From NCBI GenBank assembly GCA_963664435.2, contig CAXXKM010000003.1, forward strand, positions 1,414,476 through 1,478,475: DNA of 64,000 nucleotides, read 5' to 3'. Shown piece after piece: positions 1-17,655 of the stretch. Every line of letters starts with the position of its first letter. Position 1 is the first letter of the stretch. The translations under genes and the position numbers were made by a program. The notes below the pieces were generated by a model. The model was given only the letters and a program-made list of their open reading frames with translations. It did not search any database and had not been told where the DNA came from. The stretch is from Longimicrobiales bacterium (GTDB lineage: Bacteria > Gemmatimonadota > Gemmatimonadetes > Longimicrobiales > Gaopeijiaceae).

Positions 1-118
1 CGGCCCGCCCCGCCACGTCCGGGAGGACGTCCGGCGAGTGACCAGCCATATCCTGTGCAGCTTTCGAAGCTAAAAAGCGTTCCCATCCGTGTCAACGCCG
101 GAGGCAAACCGTCCCGAG

Positions 119-4420
<4,302 letters not shown>

Positions 4421-4468
4421 ATGGCGTGCACCCCGTGCGTTGAGGGTGTCAATGCGATGCTCAAGACC

Positions 4469-8674
<4,206 letters not shown>

Positions 8675-8869
8675 CTAGACTCCCCCTTTGGCCGCACCCT
8701 GTCCGGACGGGCGGTTGCGGCGGGTCGAACGGGAAACACGTGGCGACATTCGGCAGTCCCCCCGGAGGGACGGCCGGGACGCGTGCAGAGAGAGGGGCCG
8801 GCGGCGCGGTGCCAGGAGCGGCGTGCCGCGAACGTACCCCGTCTGCCGAGGAGTTGAGACGGACCGCAC

Positions 8870-9247
8870 CTACTTGACGGTGACCGTCGCGCCTACCTGC
8901 TCCAGCTTTGACTTGACCTGCTCCGCCTCGTCCCTGGAAACGGCTTCCTTCACCGCGTTGGGTGCCCCGTCGACGAGCGCCTTGGCCTCCTTCAGCCCCA
9001 GACTGGTCACTTCGCGAACCACCTTGATGACCTGAATCTTCTTGGCGCCGAAGTTGTCGAGAACGACGTCGAACTCGGTCTGTTCCTCGACCTCGGCTTC
9101 GGCTTCCGCCGGGCCCGCAGCGGCCGGCCCGACCGCCACCGCGGCCGTGACGTTGAACTTCTGCTTGAACGCATCCACGAACTCGGAGAGCTCGATCACC
9201 GTCATGTTGCCGATGCTATCGAGGAGTTCCTGCTGATTGATCGCCAT
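8870..9247 (-). CDS. rplL: 50S ribosomal protein L7/L12
   Basis: 125-aa C-terminal part of track ORF 8870..9736, with ATG at 9247. [23 protein letters not shown]... then an Ala/Glu-rich hinge and [12 protein letters not shown]. Confidence 0.95.
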   Translation of the reverse strand: MAINQQELLDSIGNMTVIELSEFVDAFKQKFNVTAAVAVGPAAAGPAEAEAEVEEQTEFDVVLDNFGAKKIQVIKVVREVTSLGLKEAKALVDGAPNAVKEAVSRDEAEQVKSKLEQVGATVTVK

Positions 9248-9360
9248 CTCGCTGCTTTCTCCTGATTGGTCCCGGCCCTCGCCGGGGGTTGGTGAGTCGA
9301 CCCGCCATGCGCCCGCGCCGGCATACCGGCTGCAATCAGCCGGGCGCGGCTTCGGCGGAC

Positions 9361-9885
9361 TCAGTCTTCCTGACTCTTCTCCTTCAGTGCGTCCAGAAGG
9401 CCGACGAATTCCTGCAGCTTGCCCTCGAGCGCGCTCACGAAGGCCGCCATCGGACCCTCCAGCGCGCCCGCCAGCTGCGCCATGAGCACGTCGCGCGCCG
9501 GGAGCGTCGCCACCTTGAGGAACTGTTCCTCGCCGATGACCTTGCCCTCGACCACACCCACCTTGAACGCGGGGCGCTTGTCGTGGTCCCTGGCGAAGCC
9601 GACCAGCACCTTCGCCGGCTCGACCACATCGGTGCTGCCGAGCACGATGCCGGTCGGGCCGGAGAGATGCGGGTCGAGGCCGGAAATCTCGAGGTCGTCG
9701 AACGCCCGCCTGGCGAGCCGGTTCTTCACGACCCAATACCGGCCTCCGCTCTCGCGAATCTGGCGGCGGAGCGCCGTCATCGCCTTGACGTCCAGCCCGG
9801 TGAAATCGGTCAGGTAGAGCGCGCCGGCGTTTTCCGCCTCGCTCCTGAATTCTTCGGTAAAGGCCTGTTTCTCGGCTTTGTTCAT
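9361..9885 (-). CDS. rplJ: 50S ribosomal protein L10
   Basis: 174-aa ORF between rplA and rplL. L10-like sequence ([29 protein letters not shown]). Confidence 0.92.
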   Translation of the reverse strand: MNKAEKQAFTEEFRSEAENAGALYLTDFTGLDVKAMTALRRQIRESGGRYWVVKNRLARRAFDDLEISGLDPHLSGPTGIVLGSTDVVEPAKVLVGFARDHDKRPAFKVGVVEGKVIGEEQFLKVATLPARDVLMAQLAGALEGPMAAFVSALEGKLQEFVGLLDALKEKSQED

Positions 9886-9888
9886 CGG

Positions 9889-10584
9889 TCAGCTCCGCCC
9901 GAACTGGTTCGGATCGAGCGGCACGCCCGGCCCCATGGTGCTGGAGAGCGTCACGCTCCGTACGTATGCGCCCTTCGCGGCAGCGGGCCGCGCGCGCAAT
10001 ACCGCGTCCATGAAAACTCCCAGATTCTCCGAGAGCTTCCGGTCCTCGAACGACATCCGGCCGATGGGGGCGTGCAGATTGCCGGTGCGGTCCACCCGGT
10101 ACTCGATCTTTCCGGCCTTGATCTCCGACACGGCGCCTCCGACGTTGAACGTCACCGTGCCCGCCTTCGGGTTCGGCATGAGGCCGCGCGGCCCCAGGAT
10201 GCGCCCGAGGGGACCTACCTGGCCCATCATGTTGGGCGTCGCGACCACCGCGTCGAACTCAAGCCATCCCTGCTTGATGCGGTCCAGGTACTCGGCTCCG
10301 ACGTAGTCGGCGCCCGCATCCTCGGCCTCCGCAGCCTTGTCCCCCTGCGCGACCACGAGAACACGCATCTCCTTTCCCGTCCCGTGGGGGAGCACGACGG
10401 TGCCGCGCACGATCTGGTCGGCCCGGCGGGGATCGACGCCCAGCTTGGTCGCGATCTCGATGGATTCGTCGAACTTCGCGAAGGACAGCGTCTTCACCAG
10501 AGCCACGCCGTCCGAGACGGAGTAGGTGACTCCCACCGGTATCTGGGCCCGGGCGGCCCGGATTTTCTTTCCGCGTTTTGGCAT
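9889..10584 (-). CDS. rplA: 50S ribosomal protein L1
   Basis: 231-aa C-terminal part of track ORF 9889..11130, with ATG at 10584. [11 protein letters not shown]... [11 protein letters not shown] ... [14 protein letters not shown]. Confidence 0.93.
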   Translation of the reverse strand: MPKRGKKIRAARAQIPVGVTYSVSDGVALVKTLSFAKFDESIEIATKLGVDPRRADQIVRGTVVLPHGTGKEMRVLVVAQGDKAAEAEDAGADYVGAEYLDRIKQGWLEFDAVVATPNMMGQVGPLGRILGPRGLMPNPKAGTVTFNVGGAVSEIKAGKIEYRVDRTGNLHAPIGRMSFEDRKLSENLGVFMDAVLRARPAAAKGAYVRSVTLSSTMGPGVPLDPNQFGRS

Positions 10585-10655
10585 TATGGGATTGAGCCGG
10601 CTGGTGCAGCCCTCCCACTCCTGGCGGCTCGCATGGAGTGGTTCGTCGGGCCTGG

Positions 10656-11078
10656 TCAGTCTACCTCGATGCCCATCGAGCGAGCGGTGCCGGCGATCAT
10701 GCGCACGGCCGAATCCACGTCGCTTGCGTTCAGGTCGGGCATCTTGGTCTCGGCGATCTCCTTCAGTTGGTCGACGGTCACCCGTGCGACCTTGGTGCGA
10801 TTCGGCTCGCCGGATCCCTTTTCCAGTCCGGCCGCCTGCCTGAGCAGAACTGCCGCCGGCGGCGTCTTGGTGATGAAGCTGAACGAGCGGTCTGCGTAGA
10901 CGGTGATTTCCACCGGGATGGTCGTGCCCTGGTTCTGCTGGGTCTTCGAATTGAACTGCTTGCAGAACTCCATGATGTTCACGCCGTGCTGGCCCAGCGC
11001 GGGGCCGACCGGGGGAGCCGGATTGGCCTGTCCGCCGGGCACATGCAGTTTGATGAATCCAACGACCTTCTTCGCCAT
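10656..11078 (-). CDS. rplK: 50S ribosomal protein L11
   Basis: 140-aa [46 protein letters not shown]. Confidence 0.96.
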   Translation of the reverse strand: MAKKVVGFIKLHVPGGQANPAPPVGPALGQHGVNIMEFCKQFNSKTQQNQGTTIPVEITVYADRSFSFITKTPPAAVLLRQAAGLEKGSGEPNRTKVARVTVDQLKEIAETKMPDLNASDVDSAVRMIAGTARSMGIEVD

Positions 11079-11172
11079 TTTTCGTTACCTGGTCGATAAT
11101 CCGGCGCGCGCCCGACAGCCGTGCGGGCACGTTCGGGAGCCGGAGCTGCGCTGCCGGTCCCGAGTCCGCCGT

Positions 11173-11718
11173 TCAGTATCCCTTGAGCTGAGCGAAATCG
11201 AGTTCCACCGAAGTGGGACGCCCGAAGAGCGAGACTTCCACCTTCACCTTGCCCTTGTCGGCATCAACGGACTGGACCGTGCCCGAGAAGTCCGTGAACG
11301 GACCCTGGGTAACCTCCACGGCCTGGCCGATCTGGAAGGGGACTTCCGCTCGGGCCTCCTTTTCTTCCTCGGTCTCGATGCCGAGGAGCTTGCGCACCTC
11401 CTCCTCGCTCAGGGGTTGGGGCTTCCTGCCACCCCCCACGAACTTTATGACGCCCTTGATGTCGTTGATGGCGTACATGGTCACGGGGTCAAGCGTCAGA
11501 TCGTCGCCGACCTCGATGTTCACCAGGACGTATCCGGGATAGAGGCGGCGCTCCACCTGAACCCGCTTCCCGTTGCGGATCTCCATGACTTCCTGGGTCG
11601 GAACCAGGGTTTCCAGGATCTCGGTGTGGCCTTCCTCGATCTTGCGGTCGATGAACCGCTTCACCTTCTTCTCGTGCCCCGAATAACTCTGGACCACGTA
11701 CCACCGGGACTCGCTCAT
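11173..11718 (-). CDS. nusG: Transcription termination/antitermination factor NusG
   Basis: 181-aa ORF with an NGN domain (WYVVQSYSGHEKKV) and a C-terminal KOW (GQAVEVTQGPFTDFSGTV). Sits between secE and rplK. Confidence 0.95.
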   Translation of the reverse strand: MSESRWYVVQSYSGHEKKVKRFIDRKIEEGHTEILETLVPTQEVMEIRNGKRVQVERRLYPGYVLVNIEVGDDLTLDPVTMYAINDIKGVIKFVGGGRKPQPLSEEEVRKLLGIETEEEKEARAEVPFQIGQAVEVTQGPFTDFSGTVQSVDADKGKVKVEVSLFGRPTSVELDFAQLKGY

Positions 11719-11725
11719 TGAGTCC

Positions 11726-11932
11726 TCACGCCCCGAACATGCCCATGATGAAGTTCACGACGAAGCGCACGACGCTGTCCATGGCGAAGATGACGAGCGA
11801 GATTGCGATCACGAAGAGGATCACCACCCACGTCGCGTTGCGCAGCTGACCCGAGTCGGGCCAGGTGACTCGCTGCAACTCCGCCCACGATTCGCGCGCG
11901 AACTCCCCTGAACTCTCGATAATGTTTGCCAT
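11726..11932 (-). CDS. secE: Preprotein translocase subunit SecE
   Basis: 68-aa ORF with a single C-terminal TM helix (WVVILFVIAISLVIFAMDSVV). Canonical position upstream of nusG. Confidence 0.85.
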   Translation of the reverse strand: MANIIESSGEFARESWAELQRVTWPDSGQLRNATWVVILFVIAISLVIFAMDSVVRFVVNFIMGMFGA

Positions 11933-11953
11933 CCTGCCCGTCTCGGAGACTCG

Positions 11954-12106
11954 CTACTTGGTTTCCTTGTGCCCGGTGTGCGTGCGGCAGCGCGGGCAGT
12001 ACTTGCGGTAGTGCACCCGTCCGGGGTGCAGGCGCTTGTTCTTCTTCGTGGTGTAGTTGCGCTCCTTGCACTCCTCGCACGCGAGGATCACGCGATCTCT
12101 GGCCAC
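11954..12106 (-). CDS. rpmG: 50S ribosomal protein L33
   Basis: 50-aa reading frame at the C-terminus of track ORF 11954..12352. GTG at 12106, 4 nt after the tuf stop. (M)[24 protein letters not shown]...[15 protein letters not shown] with CxxC...CxxC. The start is inferred. Confidence 0.8.
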   Translation of the reverse strand: MARDRVILACEECKERNYTTKKNKRLHPGRVHYRKYCPRCRTHTGHKETK

Positions 12107-12110
12107 GGGG

Positions 12111-13301
<1,191 letters not shown>

Positions 13302-13367
13302 TTCTCCGCTACCTCACTCCGTTCGGTTCAGGTGAATGGTGGTTTCAGAACCCCGGAAGCCCCGGCA

Positions 13368-13439
13368 AGCTCTGGCCGGGATTTGAACCCGGGACCTCTT
13401 CCTTACCAAGGAAGCGCTCTACCCCTGAGCTACCAGAGC
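13368..13439 (-). tRNA. tRNA-Thr (anticodon GGT)
   Basis: Hand-folded cloverleaf. Acceptor GCTCTGG/CCAGAGC, anticodon stem CTTCC/GGAAG with loop TTGGTAA, T-arm CCGGG-TTCAAAT-CCCGG. CCA is not encoded. Confidence 0.9.
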
Positions 13440-13466
13440 GCTGCTCCCTCCTGCTTCGGGGTGTAG

Positions 13467-13540
13467 AGCGGGAGACGGGACTCGAACCCGCGACCCTCAG
13501 CTTGGAAGGCTGATGCTCTAGCCAACTGAGCTACTCCCGC
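13467..13540 (-). tRNA. tRNA-Gly (anticodon TCC)
   Basis: Hand-folded. Acceptor GCGGGAG/CTCCCGC, anticodon stem TCAGC/GCTGA with loop CTTCCAA, T-arm GCGGG-TTCGAGT-CCCGT. Confidence 0.9.
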
Positions 13541-13581
13541 TGGAATTCTCATTTCGCAAGTTGGAAGGGCGACACGCCCAA

Positions 13582-13663
13582 TGGTGGGGGGAGGATTCGA
13601 ACCTCCGAAGGCATTGCCAGCAGATTTACAGTCTGCCCCGTTTGACCGCTTCGGTACCCCACC
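13582..13663 (-). tRNA. tRNA-Tyr (anticodon GTA), long variable arm
   Basis: Hand-folded. Acceptor GGTGGGG/CCCCACC, anticodon stem GCAGA/TCTGC with loop CTGTAAA, 13-nt variable arm, T-arm GGAGG-TTCGAAT-CCTCC. Confidence 0.9.
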
Positions 13664-13893
13664 GAGCATTTCTCTCGAAAACTCCTGTGTTCGGAGCGCC
13701 CCCTTCGCGCCTCCGGCTGCTGAGCAAGGATGCCCTCGGGCACCTGAGGCGGGCCTTTACGATCAAGCCTCAAAAGGTAACCATCCCCCGGGGAAAGGTA
13801 AAGGGGCATCCGCGGTCGATCAGCCGCGGCGGATGCAGCCGCCGGGAACGGCCCGAACCACGCCCCGGAAGGCTTCCGGATCGTCCACCGACA

Positions 13894-13966
13894 AGCTGGC
13901 GAAGGGACTCGAACCCCCAACCTGCTGATTACAAATCAGCTGCTCTACCTGTTGAGCTACGCCAGC
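13894..13966 (-). tRNA. tRNA-Thr (anticodon TGT)
   Basis: Hand-folded. Acceptor GCTGGCG/CGCCAGC, anticodon stem GCTGA/TCAGC with loop TTTGTAA, T-arm GGGGG-TTCGAGT-CCCTT. Same Thr-Tyr-Gly-Thr-tuf order as the E. coli thrU-tyrU-glyT-thrT-tufB operon. Confidence 0.9.
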
Positions 13967-14007
13967 GCGCGACTACTGCTACCCGGCTTCGTCCCGGAAG
14001 TCAACGG

Positions 14008-15468
14008 TCAGCGGGCGGCGGCCGATCCGGCTCTCGAGCCCGCATGCTTCCAGCGGGTGCCGTCGGGGGAGTCCTCGAGCACGATTCCGTCGGCGGCCAG
14101 CTGGCTGCGGATGGCGTCGGCGCGCGCGAAGTCTCGCCGCGACCGCGCGAGGTCGCGCTCCGCGACCAGGCGCTCGATGCGTCCCCGCTCCGATTCGTCG
14201 ACCTGGCGTCCGGCCAGCGCCAGCTCGAGCACCCCCAGCACCTCGTCCATGGAGGCGAGGGCTTCCTCCGCCGACTCCCGGTCTCCCCGGCGGATCGCCC
14301 CCGACGCCCCGTCCAGGGCGGTGTTGGCATCCTTGACGAAGACGAAGAGCGCGGCCAGGGCAGCGGCCGTGTTGAGGTCGTCGTCCATCGCCTCGCGGAA
14401 GCGGGCCAGAGCTTCGCCGGCGAGCCGGTCGATCCCGAGGGGCGGGGCCCCCGAGCGGGTCGGTGTTCGGGTGAGGCGGTCCCGGAAGTCGAGCAGGCGC
14501 TGCACGGCCCGGCGGGACGCCTCCAGTCCCGCGAAGGTGAAGTTGAGCTCGCTGCGGTACTGGGCGGACAGCAGCAGGTGCCGCATCGCGGCGGGCTCGA
14601 ATCGCTCGCTCAACTGCGGGACGGTGTAGGTGTTGCCGAGCGATTTCGACATCTTCCGGCCCTCCACCAGAAGATGCTTGACATGCATCCAGTGGCGGGC
14701 GAAGGTCTCGCCGGTGACGCCCTCCGATTGCGCGATTTCGTCCTCGTGGTGGGGGAACATGAGGTCTTCCCCGCCCAAATGGATGTCCAGGGTGTCGCCG
14801 ATCTCGCTCAGCGCCATGACCGAACACTCGAGATGCCATCCGGGCCGACCCCGGCCCCATGGGGACTCCCAGGCTGCATCCACGTACTCGTCCTCCGGCC
14901 TGGCCGCCTTCCAGAGCGCGAAGTCGCGGATGTCGTCCTTCTCGTACTTGTCGTCGGCAACGCGCTCGCCGGGACGCAGCGCGTCCGGATCGATACCCGA
15001 CAGCCGGCCGTATTCCGGGAACCCCGAAATCCGGAAGTACACTGAGCCGTCGGAGGTGGCGTACGCGAGCCCCCGCTCCACGAGCCGCGATACGAAAGCG
15101 CTCATCTCGCCGACGTACTCGGTTGCCCGGGGGTGGCTGTCGAACGGTCGCATGCCGAGGGTCTCGGCGTCGGCGAGGAACGACGCCACATGCGGGGCCG
15201 CGAACTCCCGGATCGACTGCCCGGTCTCGGCGGCAAGCTCGACGATGCGGTCGTCGACGTCGGTGAGGTTGACCACGAAACGGACCTCGTAACCCAGCCA
15301 CTCCAGGTAGCGATGGAGCAGATCGTAGACGAGAAAGGCGCGGAAATTGCCGATATGCGCGCGCCCGTACACCGTGGGGCCGCACCCGTAGATGCCCACC
15401 CGCCCCGGCCTGAGCGGTTCGAAGCGCCGGAGGGAGCGCGTCAGCGTGTCGTGGAGGCGCAAGGTCAT
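14008..15468 (-). CDS. cysS: Cysteine--tRNA ligase
   Basis: 486-aa part of track ORF 14008..16068, with ATG at 15468 (MTLRLHDTLT). Class I motifs HIGN and KMSKSLGN. Confidence 0.93.
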   Translation of the reverse strand: MTLRLHDTLTRSLRRFEPLRPGRVGIYGCGPTVYGRAHIGNFRAFLVYDLLHRYLEWLGYEVRFVVNLTDVDDRIVELAAETGQSIREFAAPHVASFLADAETLGMRPFDSHPRATEYVGEMSAFVSRLVERGLAYATSDGSVYFRISGFPEYGRLSGIDPDALRPGERVADDKYEKDDIRDFALWKAARPEDEYVDAAWESPWGRGRPGWHLECSVMALSEIGDTLDIHLGGEDLMFPHHEDEIAQSEGVTGETFARHWMHVKHLLVEGRKMSKSLGNTYTVPQLSERFEPAAMRHLLLSAQYRSELNFTFAGLEASRRAVQRLLDFRDRLTRTPTRSGAPPLGIDRLAGEALARFREAMDDDLNTAAALAALFVFVKDANTALDGASGAIRRGDRESAEEALASMDEVLGVLELALAGRQVDESERGRIERLVAERDLARSRRDFARADAIRSQLAADGIVLEDSPDGTRWKHAGSRAGSAAAR

Positions 15469-15527
15469 GCCGGCTTCCGGAAGAGGATCGTGGTTCGCGC
15501 CGGGATCGTTCACTGGGCTTCGCTCAC

Positions 15528-16001
15528 TCACTGGAGTACGCGGACTTCGAAGACGCGCCAGGCCTCGTCCTCCCGCACGAACCCGACGTAGATACCGTGT
15601 TCGGCCAACTGGGAAGTTCCTTCGTGCACGACGGTCCAGCGGAGCTGAGCGTATCCCTGCAGAGGAGATCCGCCGACTTCGGCGACCCGCTCCAGTCGCG
15701 TGGACTCGGTCCGGTGCCCGGCCAGATAGTCGCGCAGGACGGCGACCGCCTGGCGTCTCGAAAGCGAAACGTGGTCTTCGCCTCCCACCCGCAGCCGGAT
15801 GCCGCTGGCCACCAGAACCTGCACGAAGACGTCGGTGGAACCTCGCTCCCACATGCGCGCCAGATTGGCGGCGGCTCCTTCCAGGGATGCCTGGGACGCC
15901 GGGGTCGGCGACGGCCCGGGAGTGGAGGCACAGAGCACGGCGACCAGCAGGGCGACAACGCCGGTCGAGTTTGCGCGCTTCGCATCCCCGGGCTTCAACA
16001 T
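15528..16001 (-). CDS. Hypothetical secreted/lipoprotein-like protein (possibly DUF4783-like)
   Basis: 157-aa C-terminal part of track ORF 15528..16805, with ATG at 16001 overlapping the pyrF stop by 7 nt. Signal-like N-terminus GVVALLVAVLCAS. The family assignment is only a recollection. Confidence 0.5.
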   Translation of the reverse strand: MLKPGDAKRANSTGVVALLVAVLCASTPGPSPTPASQASLEGAAANLARMWERGSTDVFVQVLVASGIRLRVGGEDHVSLSRRQAVAVLRDYLAGHRTESTRLERVAEVGGSPLQGYAQLRWTVVHEGTSQLAEHGIYVGFVREDEAWRVFEVRVLQ

Positions 16002-16708
16002 GAGTCGCGCTCGCCCGAGGCGAGATCGCGCTCGACGGCGTCGAGAGCGGCATGGGGATCCGGAGCACCGGTCACCGCCCGCCCGATGACGAGGTAGTCG
16101 GCTCCGGCCTCGCGGGCGCGGCGGGGCGTCGCGACCCGCCGCTGGTCGTGAAGGGACTGCCGGGGCAGGCGAATGCCCGGAGTGACCAGGAGGAGTCCGT
16201 CCCCGAAACGGCATCGCAGGGCCTCGGCCTCCAGCGGAGACGCCACCACGCCATCGAGACCGGCCGCGCTCGCCCCGGCAGCGAGCTGCAGGACATGGTC
16301 CTCGGGTGTCATGCGAACGCCATCGGCACCGCGCGGAAGCGACGACGTCCCCAGGGAGGTAAGCATCGTCACCCCCAGAAGCCGCGTCCCTTCCCCGGCG
16401 GCCTCCGCCGCGGCCTCCATCATTCCGGCTCCTCCCGCCGCGTGCACGGTCAACAGGCGTGCGCCCATTTCCGAGGCGGCGGCAACGGCGCCCGCCACGG
16501 TTCGCGGTATGTCGTGCAGTTTGAGGTCCAGGAACACCTGCTTTTCCCGTTTCCGGAGATGATGGACGACCGTGGGACCTTCGCGTGCGAAGAGTTCCAG
16601 CCCGACCTTGTAGAAGTTGACTCGCCCCGCCAGCAGATCGACCAGTTCGAGCGCGCGGCTGGCCGAGGCGTAGTCCAAGGCAAGGATGATGCCGCTCACG
16701 ACGCGCAC
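15995..16708 (-). CDS. pyrF: Orotidine 5'-phosphate decarboxylase
   Basis: C-terminal part of track ORF 15995..17398. ILALDY...FYKVGLELF...VFLDLKLHDIPRTV. No ATG is available. GTG at 16708, or GTG at 16699 overlapping the pyrD stop as GTGA. Confidence 0.85.
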   Translation of the reverse strand: MRVVSGIILALDYASASRALELVDLLAGRVNFYKVGLELFAREGPTVVHHLRKREKQVFLDLKLHDIPRTVAGAVAAASEMGARLLTVHAAGGAGMMEAAAEAAGEGTRLLGVTMLTSLGTSSLPRGADGVRMTPEDHVLQLAAGASAAGLDGVVASPLEAEALRCRFGDGLLLVTPGIRLPRQSLHDQRRVATPRRAREAGADYLVIGRAVTGAPDPHAALDAVERDLASGERDSC

Positions 16709-17655
16709 GCCTCCCGCTTCCCGAAAGGAACCTGTCCCTCGGGCGCCCGGACCGCGCCCACCAGTTCGGCGACCGCGCCGATCCCCCGCCGGCGGCCGTA
16801 GGCACTCAGTCCGTGCACGATGCGCTCCGCGGCCCGCGGATCGGCGAAGGTGGCAGTACCCACCTGGACCAGTGAAGCACCGGCGAGCAGGTACTGTATG
16901 CAATCGCCGTGCCCGCGAACACCTCCGACTCCGACCAGCGGGGCGCCGACGCGCCGGCTGGCCTGCCAGACGGCGTGCACCCCGACCGGGAGCAGGGCCG
17001 GCCCGCTGAGTCCCCCTGCCCCGGCCCCGAGCCGAGGACGCCGCGTCTCCGGATCGATCACCATTCCGGGCATGGTGTTCACCAGCGTGACTCCGTCGCC
17101 GCCGGCGGCCACCGCGGCTTCGGCGGCCGCGCCGATGTCCGGCGAATTGGGGGCCAGCTTTACCAGAAGCGGCCGGGCGGTCACCCCGCGCACGCGGGCG
17201 ACCACCGACGCCAGCATTTCGGTGTCGAGCGCAAAGGGCACGCCGCTCAGCGGGACATTGGGACAGGAAAGATTCAGCTCGAATCCCAGGAATCCCGCCT
17301 CCGGATCGAGATGTTCGACGATCTCGCAGTATTCGTCCACCGCATGTCCCGCCACGCTCACGAAGACCTGTGCGCGCCTCAGCTGCGAGGCAAGCCATGG
17401 CAGTTTCTCGGCCTTGACCCGCTCCACCCCGGGATTGGCGAGTCCCACGGAGTTGATCATCACGCCACCGCCCTCGCTCACCCTGGGCTTCGGGTTGCCG
17501 GCGCGCGGTTCGAGGGTCACGGACTTGGTGACCAGGCCACCCAGCCGGTCGAGCTCCATCACCCCCGCCAGCTCCCTGGCGAAGCCGCAGGTGCCGGCGG
17601 CCAGCAACACCGGGTTCTGGAACCTCGCCCCGAACAGCTCCTGTTCAAGCTGCAC
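16696..17655 (-). CDS. pyrD: Dihydroorotate dehydrogenase, class 1 (Cys active site)
   Basis: 319-aa part of track ORF 16696..17799. FQNPVLLAAGT, ELNLSCPNV, GLSGPALLP. GTG at 17655 is inferred and overlaps the upstream gene by 11 nt. Confidence 0.85.
   Translation of the reverse strand: MQLEQELFGARFQNPVLLAAGTCGFARELAGVMELDRLGGLVTKSVTLEPRAGNPKPRVSEGGGVMINSVGLANPGVERVKAEKLPWLASQLRRAQVFVSVAGHAVDEYCEIVEHLDPEAGFLGFELNLSCPNVPLSGVPFALDTEMLASVVARVRGVTARPLLVKLAPNSPDIGAAAEAAVAAGGDGVTLVNTMPGMVIDPETRRPRLGAGAGGLSGPALLPVGVHAVWQASRRVGAPLVGVGGVRGHGDCIQYLLAGASLVQVGTATFADPRAAERIVHGLSAYGRRRGIGAVAELVGAVRAPEGQVPFGKREACAS

Noticed and set aside
14-33. An inverted repeat (acgtcc-ggga-ggacgt) downstream of rpoC as an intrinsic terminator.
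   Set aside because: The stem is short and no T/U-tract follows it on the minus strand. The window ends immediately, so the context cannot be judged.
9886-9888. An L10 (rplJ) leader / autoregulatory RNA and an rplL-rpoB attenuator.
   Set aside because: The rplA stop and the rplJ start are separated by only 3 nt, so there is no room for a leader. The 195-nt rplL-rpoB spacer has a weak hairpin (8839-8862) but no U-tract, so I could not support an attenuator call.
11933-11953. The expected tRNA-Trp between rpmG and secE, as seen in many bacteria.
   Set aside because: The gap is only 21 nt, so no tRNA can fit.
13430-13928. Track ORFs overlapping the tRNA cluster (13430-13669, 13549-13920, 13581-13928 and others).
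   Set aside because: They run straight through four well-folding tRNA genes and have no coding features.
13368-13966. The tRNA cluster as an integration hotspot with an adjacent genomic island or prophage.
   Set aside because: It is flanked directly by tuf and cysS. There is no integrase, no direct repeat of a tRNA 3' end and no compositional break.
15995-17398. N-terminal extensions of many track ORFs taken at face value, for example the 467-aa 'pyrF', 686-aa 'cysS', 720-aa 'pgi', 610-aa MBL, 669-aa aminotransferase and 815-aa PLD.
   Set aside because: The extensions overlap the preceding gene, are Arg/Gly/Pro-rich, and lie upstream of clear homologous N-termini with plausible ATG, GTG or TTG starts. 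These are often in ATGA/GTGA overlap with the upstream stop. The shorter models were used.
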